DNA from: Elusimicrobiota bacterium
GTDB lineage: Bacteria > Elusimicrobiota > Elusimicrobia > UBA1565 > UBA9628
Direction: 5' to 3'
Length of the DNA: 64,000 nucleotides
Assembly (NCBI GenBank): GCA_016218575.1
Contig: JACRDN010000019.1
Location: forward strand, 332,302-396,301
Positions 1 to 9,620 of the stretch are shown one piece after another. The notes under the pieces are model-generated. The model saw only the letters and a program-made list of their open reading frames with translations. It made no database searches and had not been told where the DNA came from. The first letter of the stretch is position 1. Every line of letters begins with the position of its first letter. The position numbers were made by a program, and so were the translations under genes.

Positions 1-2524
1 CGGCCGGGACATTCGCAAGATTACCACGGAGAGCCTCAAGCGGAATATCGCCTTCGTTCCCCAGGAGCCCGAGCTTTTCGAGGGCAGCCTGTACGACAAT
101 CTCGTCTATGGAAGCGAGGGCGTTTCCCGTGAAAAGCTCGAGGAGGTGATTGACTCCGTGGGGGCGCGCTTCATCCATGAGGTCGGGCTCGACTCCGAGG
201 TCAAGGCCGGCGGCAAGACCTTCTCCGGAGGCCAGCAGGCCCTCATCACCATCATCCGGGCCTTGCTGAGGGACCCCCGGGTCCTCATCATAGACGAGCC
301 TACGGCGAACCTCGATACCATCTCTGAAAACGAGGTGTTCCGGACCATAGAGACGCTGCGCCAGAAGCGCAAGGATTTGGCCATCATCGTGATCGCGCAT
401 CGTCTCTCCACGATCCGCAACGCCGACAACATCATCGTGCTGGGAAAGGGCCGGGTCATGGAAAGCGGCACGCATGACGAGCTGTTGGCGCGAGGCGGCG
501 AATACTCGATGCTCTGGGAGAAGGGCGGCTACGGAAAATCTTCCAAGGAATCCGTTCAGGAAGAAGAGAAGGAAGCCCCGCTCGCCGCGGCCGACTCTGC
601 GCCCGATGAGAAGAAGGAAGAGGCGCAGGTCGAGGAACACCGGCCGGGATTCATCGAGCGCGTCCGGGATGGTTTTCACCGGCTTCAGAGCCAGTGGCTG
701 GAATACAAGCGCGGCGACCCCGTCCTCCAGCCCATTCTCGCCAAGCACCGCCGCGAAATGAGGATCGCGAGCTGGGCCATGGCCGCGAGCGGCGTGTTGG
801 CTCTGGTCAAAACTTTTCTCCTAAGGGACTTCATAGACGCCGCGCTGCGTTCGGGAGGCCTGACGGCTTCCCCCGAAAGCCTGGCGTTGGGTCTGTTGAT
901 AACGGCCCTTTCCGTCGTCAACATCATCCTGACTCGCCAGACCGAGATACTGTTGGGAGGGGTTTCCTGGATACGCGCCGGCGCTCTTCGGGCCGCCGTT
1001 TACTCCGAGGTGGTCCAGAAGCTCCAAGCCGTGGTGCTCCGCAACAATATGGCTTTTCACATGAAGCACGCTTCCGGCGAGCTCGTGACCCAGGTCGCCG
1101 AGGCCTCTGGAAGCCTGGTGGACAAGAATTTGCACATGAGGGTGCCTTTGGCGCAAAACGTCATCGTGGGCGCTATAGGCGCGGCGGCCATGTTCTGGCT
1201 TTATCCCCTGTTCAGCCTCGTGACCTTCTTTGGAATTGTGGCTATCGGCGTGGCCGAGGGAAGCTTTGAGCAGAAATTCGAGAAGATATACGCCGCTTTC
1301 AACAAATTGCGGGCGGGTTTGGGCCGTTTTACTACAGAGACTTTTACGAACATACAGACTATCAGGATTTTCGGCACGGAGAAAGCCGAGTCCCGGAAAT
1401 TCGAGGCCCGGGCCATCGCTGTGGAGGAGGCGGCGGCCAAGGACGCAAGCCCCATGGCCACCACGGGCGTCCTGGAGGGCGCGGTCACCAATTTGTTCGT
1501 TGAGACCTTCCCTTATATCTTGGGGGTTTGGGCCATGGTCTGGGGACTGGTGCACGGGGTTTCCGCGGGCTCTCTTTATCAAATGGTGCTTTTAGCCGGG
1601 GCCACCAAGGCGGCCGTGGGTTGGCTTTCAAAGACCTACCAGGAATTCGGCAGCAGCAAGGGCGAGACGGAGGATCTCGTCCAGTGGCTAGGCTCCGCGT
1701 CGGACGCCGAGCGCCAGGAAGGCCAGGAGGATTTGCCCCCCCGGCTTCGGGGCGAGATTCGATTCGAGAACGTGAGCTTCGAGTATCCCCCCCGCAAAGG
1801 AGAGAAGGCCGGCGGCGGAGTCGAGAACATCTCCTTCGGGGTTCCCGCGGGCTCCAAGGTCGCTATCGTGGGGCGAAAGGGTGCCGGCAAGAGCACGATC
1901 ATTGATCTCCTCTTGGGATTCCATAGGCCGAGCGGCGGGACGATCCGGCTAGATGCCCACGACATCGCGAAGGCCACTCCCGAGAGCTTGAGGCGGGACA
2001 TCGCCCTTATACCTCAGGACGCGGAGCTCTTCACCCTGACCATCGGTGAGAACATCGCCTATCCCGCGGACGGGCCCATAGACCAGGCTCGTCTCGATTT
2101 CGCCGTGCGCGCCGCGCGCGTGGACGAGTTTGTTTACGACAAGACGCGCTTTCCGAGCGGCCTTGACACCCCCGTAGTGGCCGGAGGCCGGACCTTGTCC
2201 AAGGGGCAGAGGCAGAGGGTTTTCCTCGCGCGCGCCATTTACAGCAACGCCCGCATCCTCCTTATAGACGAGGCCACGTCGGGCTTGGACAAGAAGAACG
2301 AGGAATTGGTCAAGGCCGCCATTGACGGCTTGCGAAACCTCGACGGGACCCAGCCCACCCGCATTATCGTGGCCCACAACTTGCCCACCGTGGAGGACGC
2401 CGAAAAGATCGTGGTCATAGACTACAACAAGGCCACGGGGAAAGGCTTCGTGTCCAACGTGGGCCCCCACCAGGACTTGATGCGGAGAGACGCCCTCTAC
2501 CGCAGGCTCTACAGCGCGTTCTAA
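1..2524 (+). CDS. Fused full-length ABC exporter, 5'-partial (NBD1 C-terminus, linker, 6-TM domain, NBD2)
   Basis: The reading frame is open from position 2, upstream of the listed start at 146. It translates GRDIRKITTESLKRNIAFVPQEPELFEGSLYDNL, then the ABC signature LSGGQQ, Walker B LIIDEPT and H-loop IAHRLST, so the gene enters from beyond the window. A charged Glu/Lys linker follows, then about six TM helices, then a second NBD with Walker A GRKGAGKST, a degenerate signature LSKGQRQRV, Walker B LLIDEATSGLD and an H-loop VAHNL. Confidence 0.85.
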   Translation, partial: GRDIRKITTESLKRNIAFVPQEPELFEGSLYDNLVYGSEGVSREKLEEVIDSVGARFIHEVGLDSEVKAGGKTFSGGQQALITIIRALLRDPRVLIIDEPTANLDTISENEVFRTIETLRQKRKDLAIIVIAHRLSTIRNADNIIVLGKGRVMESGTHDELLARGGEYSMLWEKGGYGKSSKESVQEEEKEAPLAAADSAPDEKKEEAQVEEHRPGFIERVRDGFHRLQSQWLEYKRGDPVLQPILAKHRREMRIASWAMAASGVLALVKTFLLRDFIDAALRSGGLTASPESLALGLLITALSVVNIILTRQTEILLGGVSWIRAGALRAAVYSEVVQKLQAVVLRNNMAFHMKHASGELVTQVAEASGSLVDKNLHMRVPLAQNVIVGAIGAAAMFWLYPLFSLVTFFGIVAIGVAEGSFEQKFEKIYAAFNKLRAGLGRFTTETFTNIQTIRIFGTEKAESRKFEARAIAVEEAAAKDASPMATTGVLEGAVTNLFVETFPYILGVWAMVWGLVHGVSAGSLYQMVLLAGATKAAVGWLSKTYQEFGSSKGETEDLVQWLGSASDAERQEGQEDLPPRLRGEIRFENVSFEYPPRKGEKAGGGVENISFGVPAGSKVAIVGRKGAGKSTIIDLLLGFHRPSGGTIRLDAHDIAKATPESLRRDIALIPQDAELFTLTIGENIAYPADGPIDQARLDFAVRAARVDEFVYDKTRFPSGLDTPVVAGGRTLSKGQRQRVFLARAIYSNARILLIDEATSGLDKKNEELVKAAIDGLRNLDGTQPTRIIVAHNLPTVEDAEKIVVIDYNKATGKGFVSNVGPHQDLMRRDALYRRLYSAF

Positions 2525-4548
2525 GCCGACGCCTTGTCGAGCTTCGCCCTGAGGAGAAGGGCGAATATCCCGAGGGGGATGAGGCCTGCCGCCAGGACCA
2601 TGAAGGGCGCGTAGCCAGAGAGCCCCGAGAAGGCCGCCACGGGGTGGAGCCCGAAGGGGAGTTTCCCCGTGAAGAGGAACTTGAGCCCCAGAAGCCCCAC
2701 TGTGCTGACGGCGAGAGAGGCGGCACCCATGAACCCCATGGCTTTGACGAGGTGCTCCTCCGAGGTCCGGAGCTGGAAAAAGGTGTGGATCTTGAGGGTC
2801 GCCACCACCTGCGCTATCCCGAAAGGAACGAGGACGAGTGCCGCCGCGGTGAGGCCCTTGGCCCAAGACAAGAATCCCGGAAGATTTACAAGCTCCCCCA
2901 AGGTCGGAAGGGGCACGGCCATGACGGCCAAGGCCGCCAAGGCGGCGGTCGCCCAGAGCATCCATTGGAGCATGGATTTTCTCATGTGCTCCTCCACGAC
3001 TTCGGGAGAAGCTCTAGCTCTCCCCAGTTCGCGCTCCATTTTTCTCTGCTGGGCCAGCATTATGAGGCCCCCGATGAGCCCCCCCAGGCTGTAGAGCCCG
3101 GTCATGAGCCCGTACACCCCGGCGGCGAGCTCCGGTTGGGCGGGGGTCGCCACGAGCATACCGTAGGCCGGGGCGAGCACGGTATAAAGGAAGGGGTTCA
3201 GCATCATGAACGTCGTGTAGGCGAGGAATGCCAGCCTCAGGACCGGATCGTTCCAGACCAGCCGCGCGCCCTCCGCGATTTTTTTGAAGAATTGACGAAG
3301 GAGGGCGGCAAAGCCGCCCTGGGAAAGATGTTTTTCCTTTCCTTTCGGGATTTCTACGGCAGCTCGCCCAGCGCTTGCCTCTTCCGATGGCAACCGCAAG
3401 GTGAATGCCATGATTGCGATGGACAGCCCGAAGGTCACGGGGAAGGCGGCTAGGGCCGGGATGAACCCGGCCTGGGCCACCAAGGCCCCGGTGGCGATGG
3501 GGCCGAGGGTTCCCATGGTCTCGAGCAAAGTCTGCTTCCAGGCCTCGAAGGTCTCGAGCTTGTCCGGGTTGCGCTTGAGCATGGCCGCGGGGATGCTGTT
3601 CTCGGCGGTGAGGGAAATCCCCCCCAAGAGCCCGTTTAGGGCGTAGAAGGCGGCCAAGAGCGGTACGCTCATGTGTCCCGTGGCGAGCAAAGCCGAAAGA
3701 GTGGAGCTCGAGACGAGCTTGATGGCAAGCGCCCCGAGATAGGTCCCCTTGAGCCCGAATTTCTCGACAACAAGGGGTCCGAGTATCCTCCCGGCGATGC
3801 TCGTAAGAGACGAGACGATGGCGATGTCGGCCACCACCGAGAAATCCCCGAAGGTCTTCTGCAGGAGGGCGGGCATGGCCGAGCCCAGGGCCTCGATCCC
3901 GATCTGGGCCGTGACCAAGGAGGCGATGAAGAAAACCGCGGCGCTTCCGAGGCTTAGAAGCCCCGCGCCTGACTTGGTCTTGGGCGCAGGGTCGGCGGCC
4001 GCCGCGGCCGGGGCTTTTACCTCCCTTTTCTCGGCCCCCCGGCTTTCCTCGGAGAAAGCGGCCAAGGTCCGGCTGCGCGCGCCCATGGAATCGGAGGCAG
4101 GGCCGGCACCATGCGCTTCCACGGAGGCGGCGCTTTCATAGGAAGGTGCTTCCGCCTCCGCAACGCGGGGCGCGAAGGCGCGCTGGAGCTGACGGAACTG
4201 CCGGCCCACGGAGCGCGCCCGGCCCAGGCGGCCCATGGCCTCTATGGCCTCGAACGGGGCCATGATCGCCGCTTCCTGGGCGGCGGTAAGCCGCGGGGCG
4301 CGAAAGGCCGCGGTCAGCGCCGTGGTTTGGCCAGCGCCCGCGCGCATGTCGCGCGGCATGGCTGGAGCGGGCATACCGTGGGCTGAAACGGACGGCGTCG
4401 GCGCGGATTTCCCAGGCTCCCCGCCAAACAAGCCCCTCCAAGACGCGGCCGAGGCCTGAAGGCCGAGGGAAGAGAGAAGCACGGATTGGACGAGAAGGAC
4501 GGCTAAAATTCGAGTGCCCCGATTCCGCGCGCCTTTAATAATCTTCAT
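2521..4548 (-). CDS. MFS-family transporter; start uncertain, with a possible Ala/Pro-rich N-terminal extension
   Basis: The C-terminal roughly 470 aa form twelve hydrophobic helices with MFS-like loops, ending LLLRAKLDKASA. The ORF is open up to 5007, but that would overlap the divergent gene at 4652. An ATG at 4548 (MKIIKGARNRGTRILAVLLVQSVLLSSLGLQASAA) sits in an AT-richer patch. An alternative start is the ATG at 4086 (MGARSRTL), which leaves a typical short tail before TM1. Confidence 0.6.
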   Translation of the reverse strand: MKIIKGARNRGTRILAVLLVQSVLLSSLGLQASAASWRGLFGGEPGKSAPTPSVSAHGMPAPAMPRDMRAGAGQTTALTAAFRAPRLTAAQEAAIMAPFEAIEAMGRLGRARSVGRQFRQLQRAFAPRVAEAEAPSYESAASVEAHGAGPASDSMGARSRTLAAFSEESRGAEKREVKAPAAAAADPAPKTKSGAGLLSLGSAAVFFIASLVTAQIGIEALGSAMPALLQKTFGDFSVVADIAIVSSLTSIAGRILGPLVVEKFGLKGTYLGALAIKLVSSSTLSALLATGHMSVPLLAAFYALNGLLGGISLTAENSIPAAMLKRNPDKLETFEAWKQTLLETMGTLGPIATGALVAQAGFIPALAAFPVTFGLSIAIMAFTLRLPSEEASAGRAAVEIPKGKEKHLSQGGFAALLRQFFKKIAEGARLVWNDPVLRLAFLAYTTFMMLNPFLYTVLAPAYGMLVATPAQPELAAGVYGLMTGLYSLGGLIGGLIMLAQQRKMERELGRARASPEVVEEHMRKSMLQWMLWATAALAALAVMAVPLPTLGELVNLPGFLSWAKGLTAAALVLVPFGIAQVVATLKIHTFFQLRTSEEHLVKAMGFMGAASLAVSTVGLLGLKFLFTGKLPFGLHPVAAFSGLSGYAPFMVLAAGLIPLGIFALLLRAKLDKASA

Positions 4549-4651
4549 GATCCGAATTATGGCATAGGCTAAAACCCCCCGCCGGGTCCTTGGGCCTACT
4601 TTTGCGCCGGCAAAGGGCCTAGGTCCGGTTGGGGCGAAAGGCCCAAAAAGG

Positions 4652-7252
4652 ATGGGACTTAGGACCCTGTCTTGGGCCTGGAACTTCCTGTATCCTAAGG
4701 GCATGAAAATTTTGTTGAGCCTCGTCGCCTTGATCCAAGCCAATATTTTATGGGCGGAAGGGATCCGATTTTTAGAGCCTTTAGCTCGATCGGCCGGAAC
4801 CGATGTCGAAGCCGTTAAAAAGAATCTGGACCAAGCCCCCCCAGTCCCGGGCTCTCCGGCGGAGCTCTTCGTCCTCAAGGACGTCGGAGACGGCAAATAC
4901 CAGCTTGAGATCAAGGAGAGCCAACTGGAAAAGGATTTCCTGCTTTCCGCCACGTTGGAAAAGGGCACGGCTGAAGAATGGTTTTTCACAGGCGTGCCTC
5001 TCAACACCTATCTGTGGTATTTCCGTCAGATCCCGGGCTCGAAGGTCCAATTTATCCGCCGCAACACCGCCTACAGGGCCTCGGCCGGCACCCCGGAGGA
5101 GAAAGCCGTCCAAAATTCCTTTTCCGACTCCATCATAGCCACGTTGCCTATTCTCGCAAAGGACAGCGCCAGGAAAACTCTGACTTTATCCGCCAATGAG
5201 CTTTTCCTCGCGGACCTGGAGGACCTCGCCGGCGCTCTGGAAGCGCAGTATGGGAAGGTTATGCTCTCCAACAAGGACTCATTTATCCAAAAACTTCTCG
5301 CTTTCCCCAAGAACCTGGAAGCCTCGGTCCAGCTTAATTTCAAGGGGGCAGGGGGAGGCTCGAAGACCTTGCCGGATGCTCGCACCATCACGATTTTACT
5401 CCATTACAGCCTGGCGGTCCTGCCCGAGCCAAGCGCCTACCAAATCAGGCGCTCGGACTCCCGGGTCGGCTATTTCACCACCAGCTACCAGAATTTCAGC
5501 GACCCCGACCTCAAGAACAGCGTCACGCCCCAGACCAATCTCATCCATCGCTGGAATCTGCGCAAAAAGGACCCTCCGGCCCCGGTTTCGGAAACGGCCA
5601 ACCCCATAGTCTTTTGGCTGGAGGAGGCCATACCTCAGGAGTTTCGACCCGCGATCAAGGCCGGGATTTTGGCCTGGAACGAGGCTTTCGAGAGCCTGGG
5701 CTTTCGCAATGCCGTCATCGTCAAAGAAGTGGACAAGGACATGAGCCCGGAGGAGCGCCGGACTTTTAATCCGGCCAATGCCGCCTACAACATGGTGCGC
5801 TGGTATATGGGGGGCTTCAGCGGCGCCGTGGGTCCCAGCCGGGCCCAGCCCCTCACCGGAGAGATATTGAGCGGCTCCATTTTGGTCAGCGACATCGTGA
5901 CCCGTTTTTTGTCCGATGAACTGGATCTCGTGGCCCTGGCCGATGGAGCCGGGACGAGAAAAAATCCCCACGAGGGATACATGGTTCAATCCGTGCTCAG
6001 CGCCGCGGCTGGGCTGGCCATGCTCGAGGCCAAAGGCCCCGTGTCCGAAGCCGAGAGAAAGCGCTTCAAATATCAGTTCCTGTCCCACATCATGGCCCAT
6101 GAGATGGGACATGTCCTGGGCCTGCGCCACAATTTCAAAGGAAGCCAGCTTCTTCCCCAAGCCAGGCTGGGCCAAGACGGCGAGCTGACCTCCTCGGTCA
6201 TGGATTACCTGCCGGTCAATATCGCGGCTCTAGGCAAGACTGAAGGGACCTATTACCAGACAAAGATCGGGCCTTATGACCGCTGGGCCATTGAATACGG
6301 CTACTCCGAACTTTCGGGAGACGCCGCCGGCCAAGAGAGGCAGCTTAAAGCCATAGCGGCCAAATCCGGTTATGACTCGCGCCTGGCCTATGGGACCGAC
6401 GAGGACACCCACGGCATGGACCCGGACACCCAGCGCTTTGACCTTGGCAAAGACACGCTCGCCTTCGCGCATTCGCGTGCCCAACTGGCCCGCGGGCTCT
6501 GGCGATCCCTCGCCTCCCTTAAACCCTCTCAGGAGCGCGATTATCCCCAGTTGAGGCGGCTCTTCATGATGGGCTACGCGGAGTACTTTGGGGCGGCCAA
6601 CGCCGTTCCTCCCCTCATAGGGGGTGTCAGGGCCAGCCGCGTCAAAGCGGGAGAAGGGGGCGCTCCCTTTAAGCCGGTCACGGCCCAAGAGCAAAGGGCG
6701 GCCCTCAAATTCCTGGATGAAGAAGTTTTCAAGGCCGAGTCTTTTTCCGTTCCCCCGGAGCTTCTGCTGCGCCTGGGGGTTGAGCAGACGGGAGGTGGGG
6801 GCTCATTACCAGTGAATTTGGACGGCATGGTCTTGGGGCTGCAGCAAAACGTGCTTAACAAACTCTACAGCCGGGCAAGTCTTGAGCGCCTGGCCCAGCG
6901 GGAGCTTCTGGCCGGAGCCGGCGATCGCCTCTCCCTCCGGGATGTTTTTGAGTTCCTCCGGCGGTCCATTTGGAGAGAGATCGAGGGGCCCAAAGCGGCG
7001 GCCATCCCGCTTTTCCGCCGCAATCTCCAGCGCCGGCATCTGGACACCCTCATGGCCGTGATGGACAACCAGTCCCTCCCGGGAGACGCCCGCACCTCCG
7101 CGCGAAGCGATCTAAGCCGTTTGCAGTCGGCGGCTGAGAAAGCCCTCAAGGATCCCAAACTGGGCTCCACCGAGCGTGCCCACCTGGAAGACATACTCGG
7201 CCGCATAAAAAGGCAGATCTCGAAGCACGAGCGGGCGATCAAAGCGGCATAA
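4652..7252 (+). CDS. Secreted zinc metalloprotease, HExxH class (DUF4953/DUF5117-like)
   Basis: It has an HEMGHVLGLRHNF zincin motif and a downstream SSVMDYLP...YDRWAIEYGY segment typical of this uncharacterised secreted metalloprotease family. A signal-peptide-like MKILLSLVALIQANILWA begins at the internal ATG at 4703. The protein is 866 aa. Confidence 0.65.
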   Translation: MGLRTLSWAWNFLYPKGMKILLSLVALIQANILWAEGIRFLEPLARSAGTDVEAVKKNLDQAPPVPGSPAELFVLKDVGDGKYQLEIKESQLEKDFLLSATLEKGTAEEWFFTGVPLNTYLWYFRQIPGSKVQFIRRNTAYRASAGTPEEKAVQNSFSDSIIATLPILAKDSARKTLTLSANELFLADLEDLAGALEAQYGKVMLSNKDSFIQKLLAFPKNLEASVQLNFKGAGGGSKTLPDARTITILLHYSLAVLPEPSAYQIRRSDSRVGYFTTSYQNFSDPDLKNSVTPQTNLIHRWNLRKKDPPAPVSETANPIVFWLEEAIPQEFRPAIKAGILAWNEAFESLGFRNAVIVKEVDKDMSPEERRTFNPANAAYNMVRWYMGGFSGAVGPSRAQPLTGEILSGSILVSDIVTRFLSDELDLVALADGAGTRKNPHEGYMVQSVLSAAAGLAMLEAKGPVSEAERKRFKYQFLSHIMAHEMGHVLGLRHNFKGSQLLPQARLGQDGELTSSVMDYLPVNIAALGKTEGTYYQTKIGPYDRWAIEYGYSELSGDAAGQERQLKAIAAKSGYDSRLAYGTDEDTHGMDPDTQRFDLGKDTLAFAHSRAQLARGLWRSLASLKPSQERDYPQLRRLFMMGYAEYFGAANAVPPLIGGVRASRVKAGEGGAPFKPVTAQEQRAALKFLDEEVFKAESFSVPPELLLRLGVEQTGGGGSLPVNLDGMVLGLQQNVLNKLYSRASLERLAQRELLAGAGDRLSLRDVFEFLRRSIWREIEGPKAAAIPLFRRNLQRRHLDTLMAVMDNQSLPGDARTSARSDLSRLQSAAEKALKDPKLGSTERAHLEDILGRIKRQISKHERAIKAA

Positions 7253-7308
7253 GACGGGGTCAAGCGAGATCTTGACCCGCGTTTGTTTACCCTCTATACT
7301 GAGAACGC

Positions 7309-8037
7309 ATGCTCGAGCTTCGTCCGGCCAAGATCAGCGACCGCTTCATCGCCTACATCCTGGACGCGGCTCCGTTTGCCTGCGGATATATCCTCCACCG
7401 AGTCCCGCTTCTCTGGCTGGGACTGTATTTCTTCTACCAATTCCTAGGCAACTTGCTGGGGGCTACCATCGGCAAGCGCCTGATGGGGCTCCAGGTGCTG
7501 AGGCGCGACGGCCAGCCCTTGGGGGTTTTTAGAGCCCTTCTGCGCGCCTTGGGCTACGGGCTGAGCACCCCCTTCTTCAATTTTGGGTTTGTCGTGGCTT
7601 TCTTCCAGCCGGAATCCCGCACTTTGCACGATATGATTTCCGGCAGCCTTGTAGTGGAGGCCCGGGCCAAGAATCAAGGCGAGGCCGGGCTCCTTTTCCT
7701 GGCGGCAGCACTCCTCATCACGGCTCTTTTCGGCGGGACGATTTACTTATACAAGACCAACCCGACCCTTTCCGACATCCTCGCGGTGGAGAAGGCCCGG
7801 GATGGCCTCAAGATCCTGGCCCGGATCGAGGAGGAGTACAAGCGCAGTCATGGGGCCTATACTTCATCTTTGAGCGATCTCGCCCAGGCCAGCGGGGACG
7901 TGGAGGAGTTCAAGGCCGCCATGTCGAAGATTTTCGACCCCAACCTGTTCCAGATACAGGCCGGGAATCGGGGCTACCGGCTCTCCGCCGCGGCCAAGGA
8001 TCGCCGAAAGACCCGCGTCACTCTCGCGGGGCCTTAA
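7309..8037 (+). CDS. RDD-family membrane protein
   Basis: The N-terminus has the spacing pattern of the RDD domain: R...YILD, two to three TM helices, and LRRDGQP...RTLHDMISGSLVV. Confidence 0.6.
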   Translation: MLELRPAKISDRFIAYILDAAPFACGYILHRVPLLWLGLYFFYQFLGNLLGATIGKRLMGLQVLRRDGQPLGVFRALLRALGYGLSTPFFNFGFVVAFFQPESRTLHDMISGSLVVEARAKNQGEAGLLFLAAALLITALFGGTIYLYKTNPTLSDILAVEKARDGLKILARIEEEYKRSHGAYTSSLSDLAQASGDVEEFKAAMSKIFDPNLFQIQAGNRGYRLSAAAKDRRKTRVTLAGP

Positions 8038-9620
8038 AACTCAGCCAAGACCCAGCTTCCGAAAACATCGAGGCGCTTGATGTTTTTGGCGCCGACAAGG
8101 CTTATCACATGGGGCGCCTCGAAGCTCCGGAAAACCACGAAGGTCCGGTGTCCGGGAGCGGGAAGGGCGCGCAAGTCGTTGTCGTCGCCGAAGCGCCCGG
8201 TGTTTTCGGGGTAGCGCTTGGCGTAGTGGAGCTCGCCTGTCCAATTGACGAGCTTATCCACGGGCCTTCTCGCGTAGAAGGGCAGGCCGTGGAGGTATAC
8301 CCCGTAGGAGTAGACCTTGTCCTCCGGCCGGGCGCGCTCCGCGACGCTTGCCGCTAAGGAGCGCGCGCTCAGGGTCTCCGCGTTGCGGAGCAACGCGAAC
8401 AGAGAGAGTCCTCCCGCCAAGAATCCCGCCAAGGCCAAGGCGAGCGCCGGCTCCGATGTCGTGGCGGACCGGAGCAATCCTATTCCCAGCGAGGCTAAAA
8501 GCAATCCCGCCAGCGCCGCGTTGAGTCCGGCTAGGCCCGGAACGCAGGCCTTGATGAAAAGTATTGCCAGGGCCGCGGCCAGGAATAGCCCTCCCAGGGC
8601 CAGGGAAAGGCGTCTTGCCCAAACTGGCAGAGGTTTTTCAAGGGCCCAGGCCGCCAGAAGAGAGAGCTGCGGGAAAACTGGAAGAATGTAGGTGGCGAGC
8701 TTCGACTTGGATGCCGAGAAGAACGCGAAGATCAGCGTGCTCCAAATCGCCAGGGCTAAGGGCGCTCGCTCCCGGCTTTTCCAGACCCGGGTCCAGCCGG
8801 CCAAGACGGGCCCAATCCAGGGCAAAAGCCCCGCCGGCAGCACCAGGAAAAAGAAATAGAAAGGGCTGTTACGGTTGTATTTCTCCGTTAGAAATCTCTG
8901 GACATGCTGTTCCAAGAAGAAAACTTTAAGAAATCCCGGATGCCGGTGCTCCATGTAAAGAAACCACGGGGCCGCGATTCCTGTGAAAAGTGCTGCGCCC
9001 CGTGGAGAAATAAGGCGTTTGCCGTGCTGCCGTAGTTCGGGGAAAAGGATGAGCAGCGCCATCGCCCATGCCGTAGGAAATATTAAGGCGACTAGACCTT
9101 TGCTTAAAAACGCCAAGGCCGCGAAAACCCAAGCCAAGGGTGCTGCCCAAGACGCGTCTGCGGGTCTGAGCAGGCACCTTAGTATCATGGCCGAGCACCA
9201 CAAGAGGAAAACCGTCAAGGGCAGGTCGGGGGTGATGTAGTGGGAGAGGAAAAAATACAAGCCGGAGCTTCCCAGGACCAGCGCGGCCATGATTCCGGTC
9301 TGAGGGGAGAAGGCCCAGGAACCTAGCCAGACCAGGCCTAGCATCCCGGCGAGCGAGAGCAGGGCCAGGGGCAGGCGCGCGCTCGCCTCCGAGACGCCGA
9401 AAACCTTGTAGGAGGCGGCCCCCAGCCAATACCAAAGCGGGGGCTTTTCCACGTAGTCGAGGTAGTTGAGCCTGGGGGTGGCCCAGTCCCCGGACTCGGC
9501 CATCTCGCGTGGGATCTCGGCGTAGCGCGCGTCGTCTACCTCGACAAGAGGGTGGCTTAAGCTCCAAAAAGGGGAGCTCAAGGCGAGCACCAGCAAGACC
9601 CAGAGGGAGCGCGGGATCAA
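8034..9620 (-). CDS. GT-C glycosyltransferase, ArnT/PMT-like (GT39/GT83 family)
   Basis: The N-terminal motif DDARYAEIPREM...GDWATPRLNYLDYVEKPPL is the hallmark of ArnT/PMT-type lipid-linked sugar transferases, and the rest is polytopic. Its start overlaps the upstream stop by 4 bp. Confidence 0.75.
   Translation of the reverse strand: MIPRSLWVLLVLALSSPFWSLSHPLVEVDDARYAEIPREMAESGDWATPRLNYLDYVEKPPLWYWLGAASYKVFGVSEASARLPLALLSLAGMLGLVWLGSWAFSPQTGIMAALVLGSSGLYFFLSHYITPDLPLTVFLLWCSAMILRCLLRPADASWAAPLAWVFAALAFLSKGLVALIFPTAWAMALLILFPELRQHGKRLISPRGAALFTGIAAPWFLYMEHRHPGFLKVFFLEQHVQRFLTEKYNRNSPFYFFFLVLPAGLLPWIGPVLAGWTRVWKSRERAPLALAIWSTLIFAFFSASKSKLATYILPVFPQLSLLAAWALEKPLPVWARRLSLALGGLFLAAALAILFIKACVPGLAGLNAALAGLLLASLGIGLLRSATTSEPALALALAGFLAGGLSLFALLRNAETLSARSLAASVAERARPEDKVYSYGVYLHGLPFYARRPVDKLVNWTGELHYAKRYPENTGRFGDDNDLRALPAPGHRTFVVFRSFEAPHVISLVGAKNIKRLDVFGSWVLAEF

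Noticed and set aside
1949-2965. 338-aa minus-strand ORF and further nested ORFs inside the ABC exporter and MFS genes
   Set aside because: Nonsense, low-complexity translation (runs of G/R/P/H). The opposite strand encodes canonical Walker/ABC motifs.
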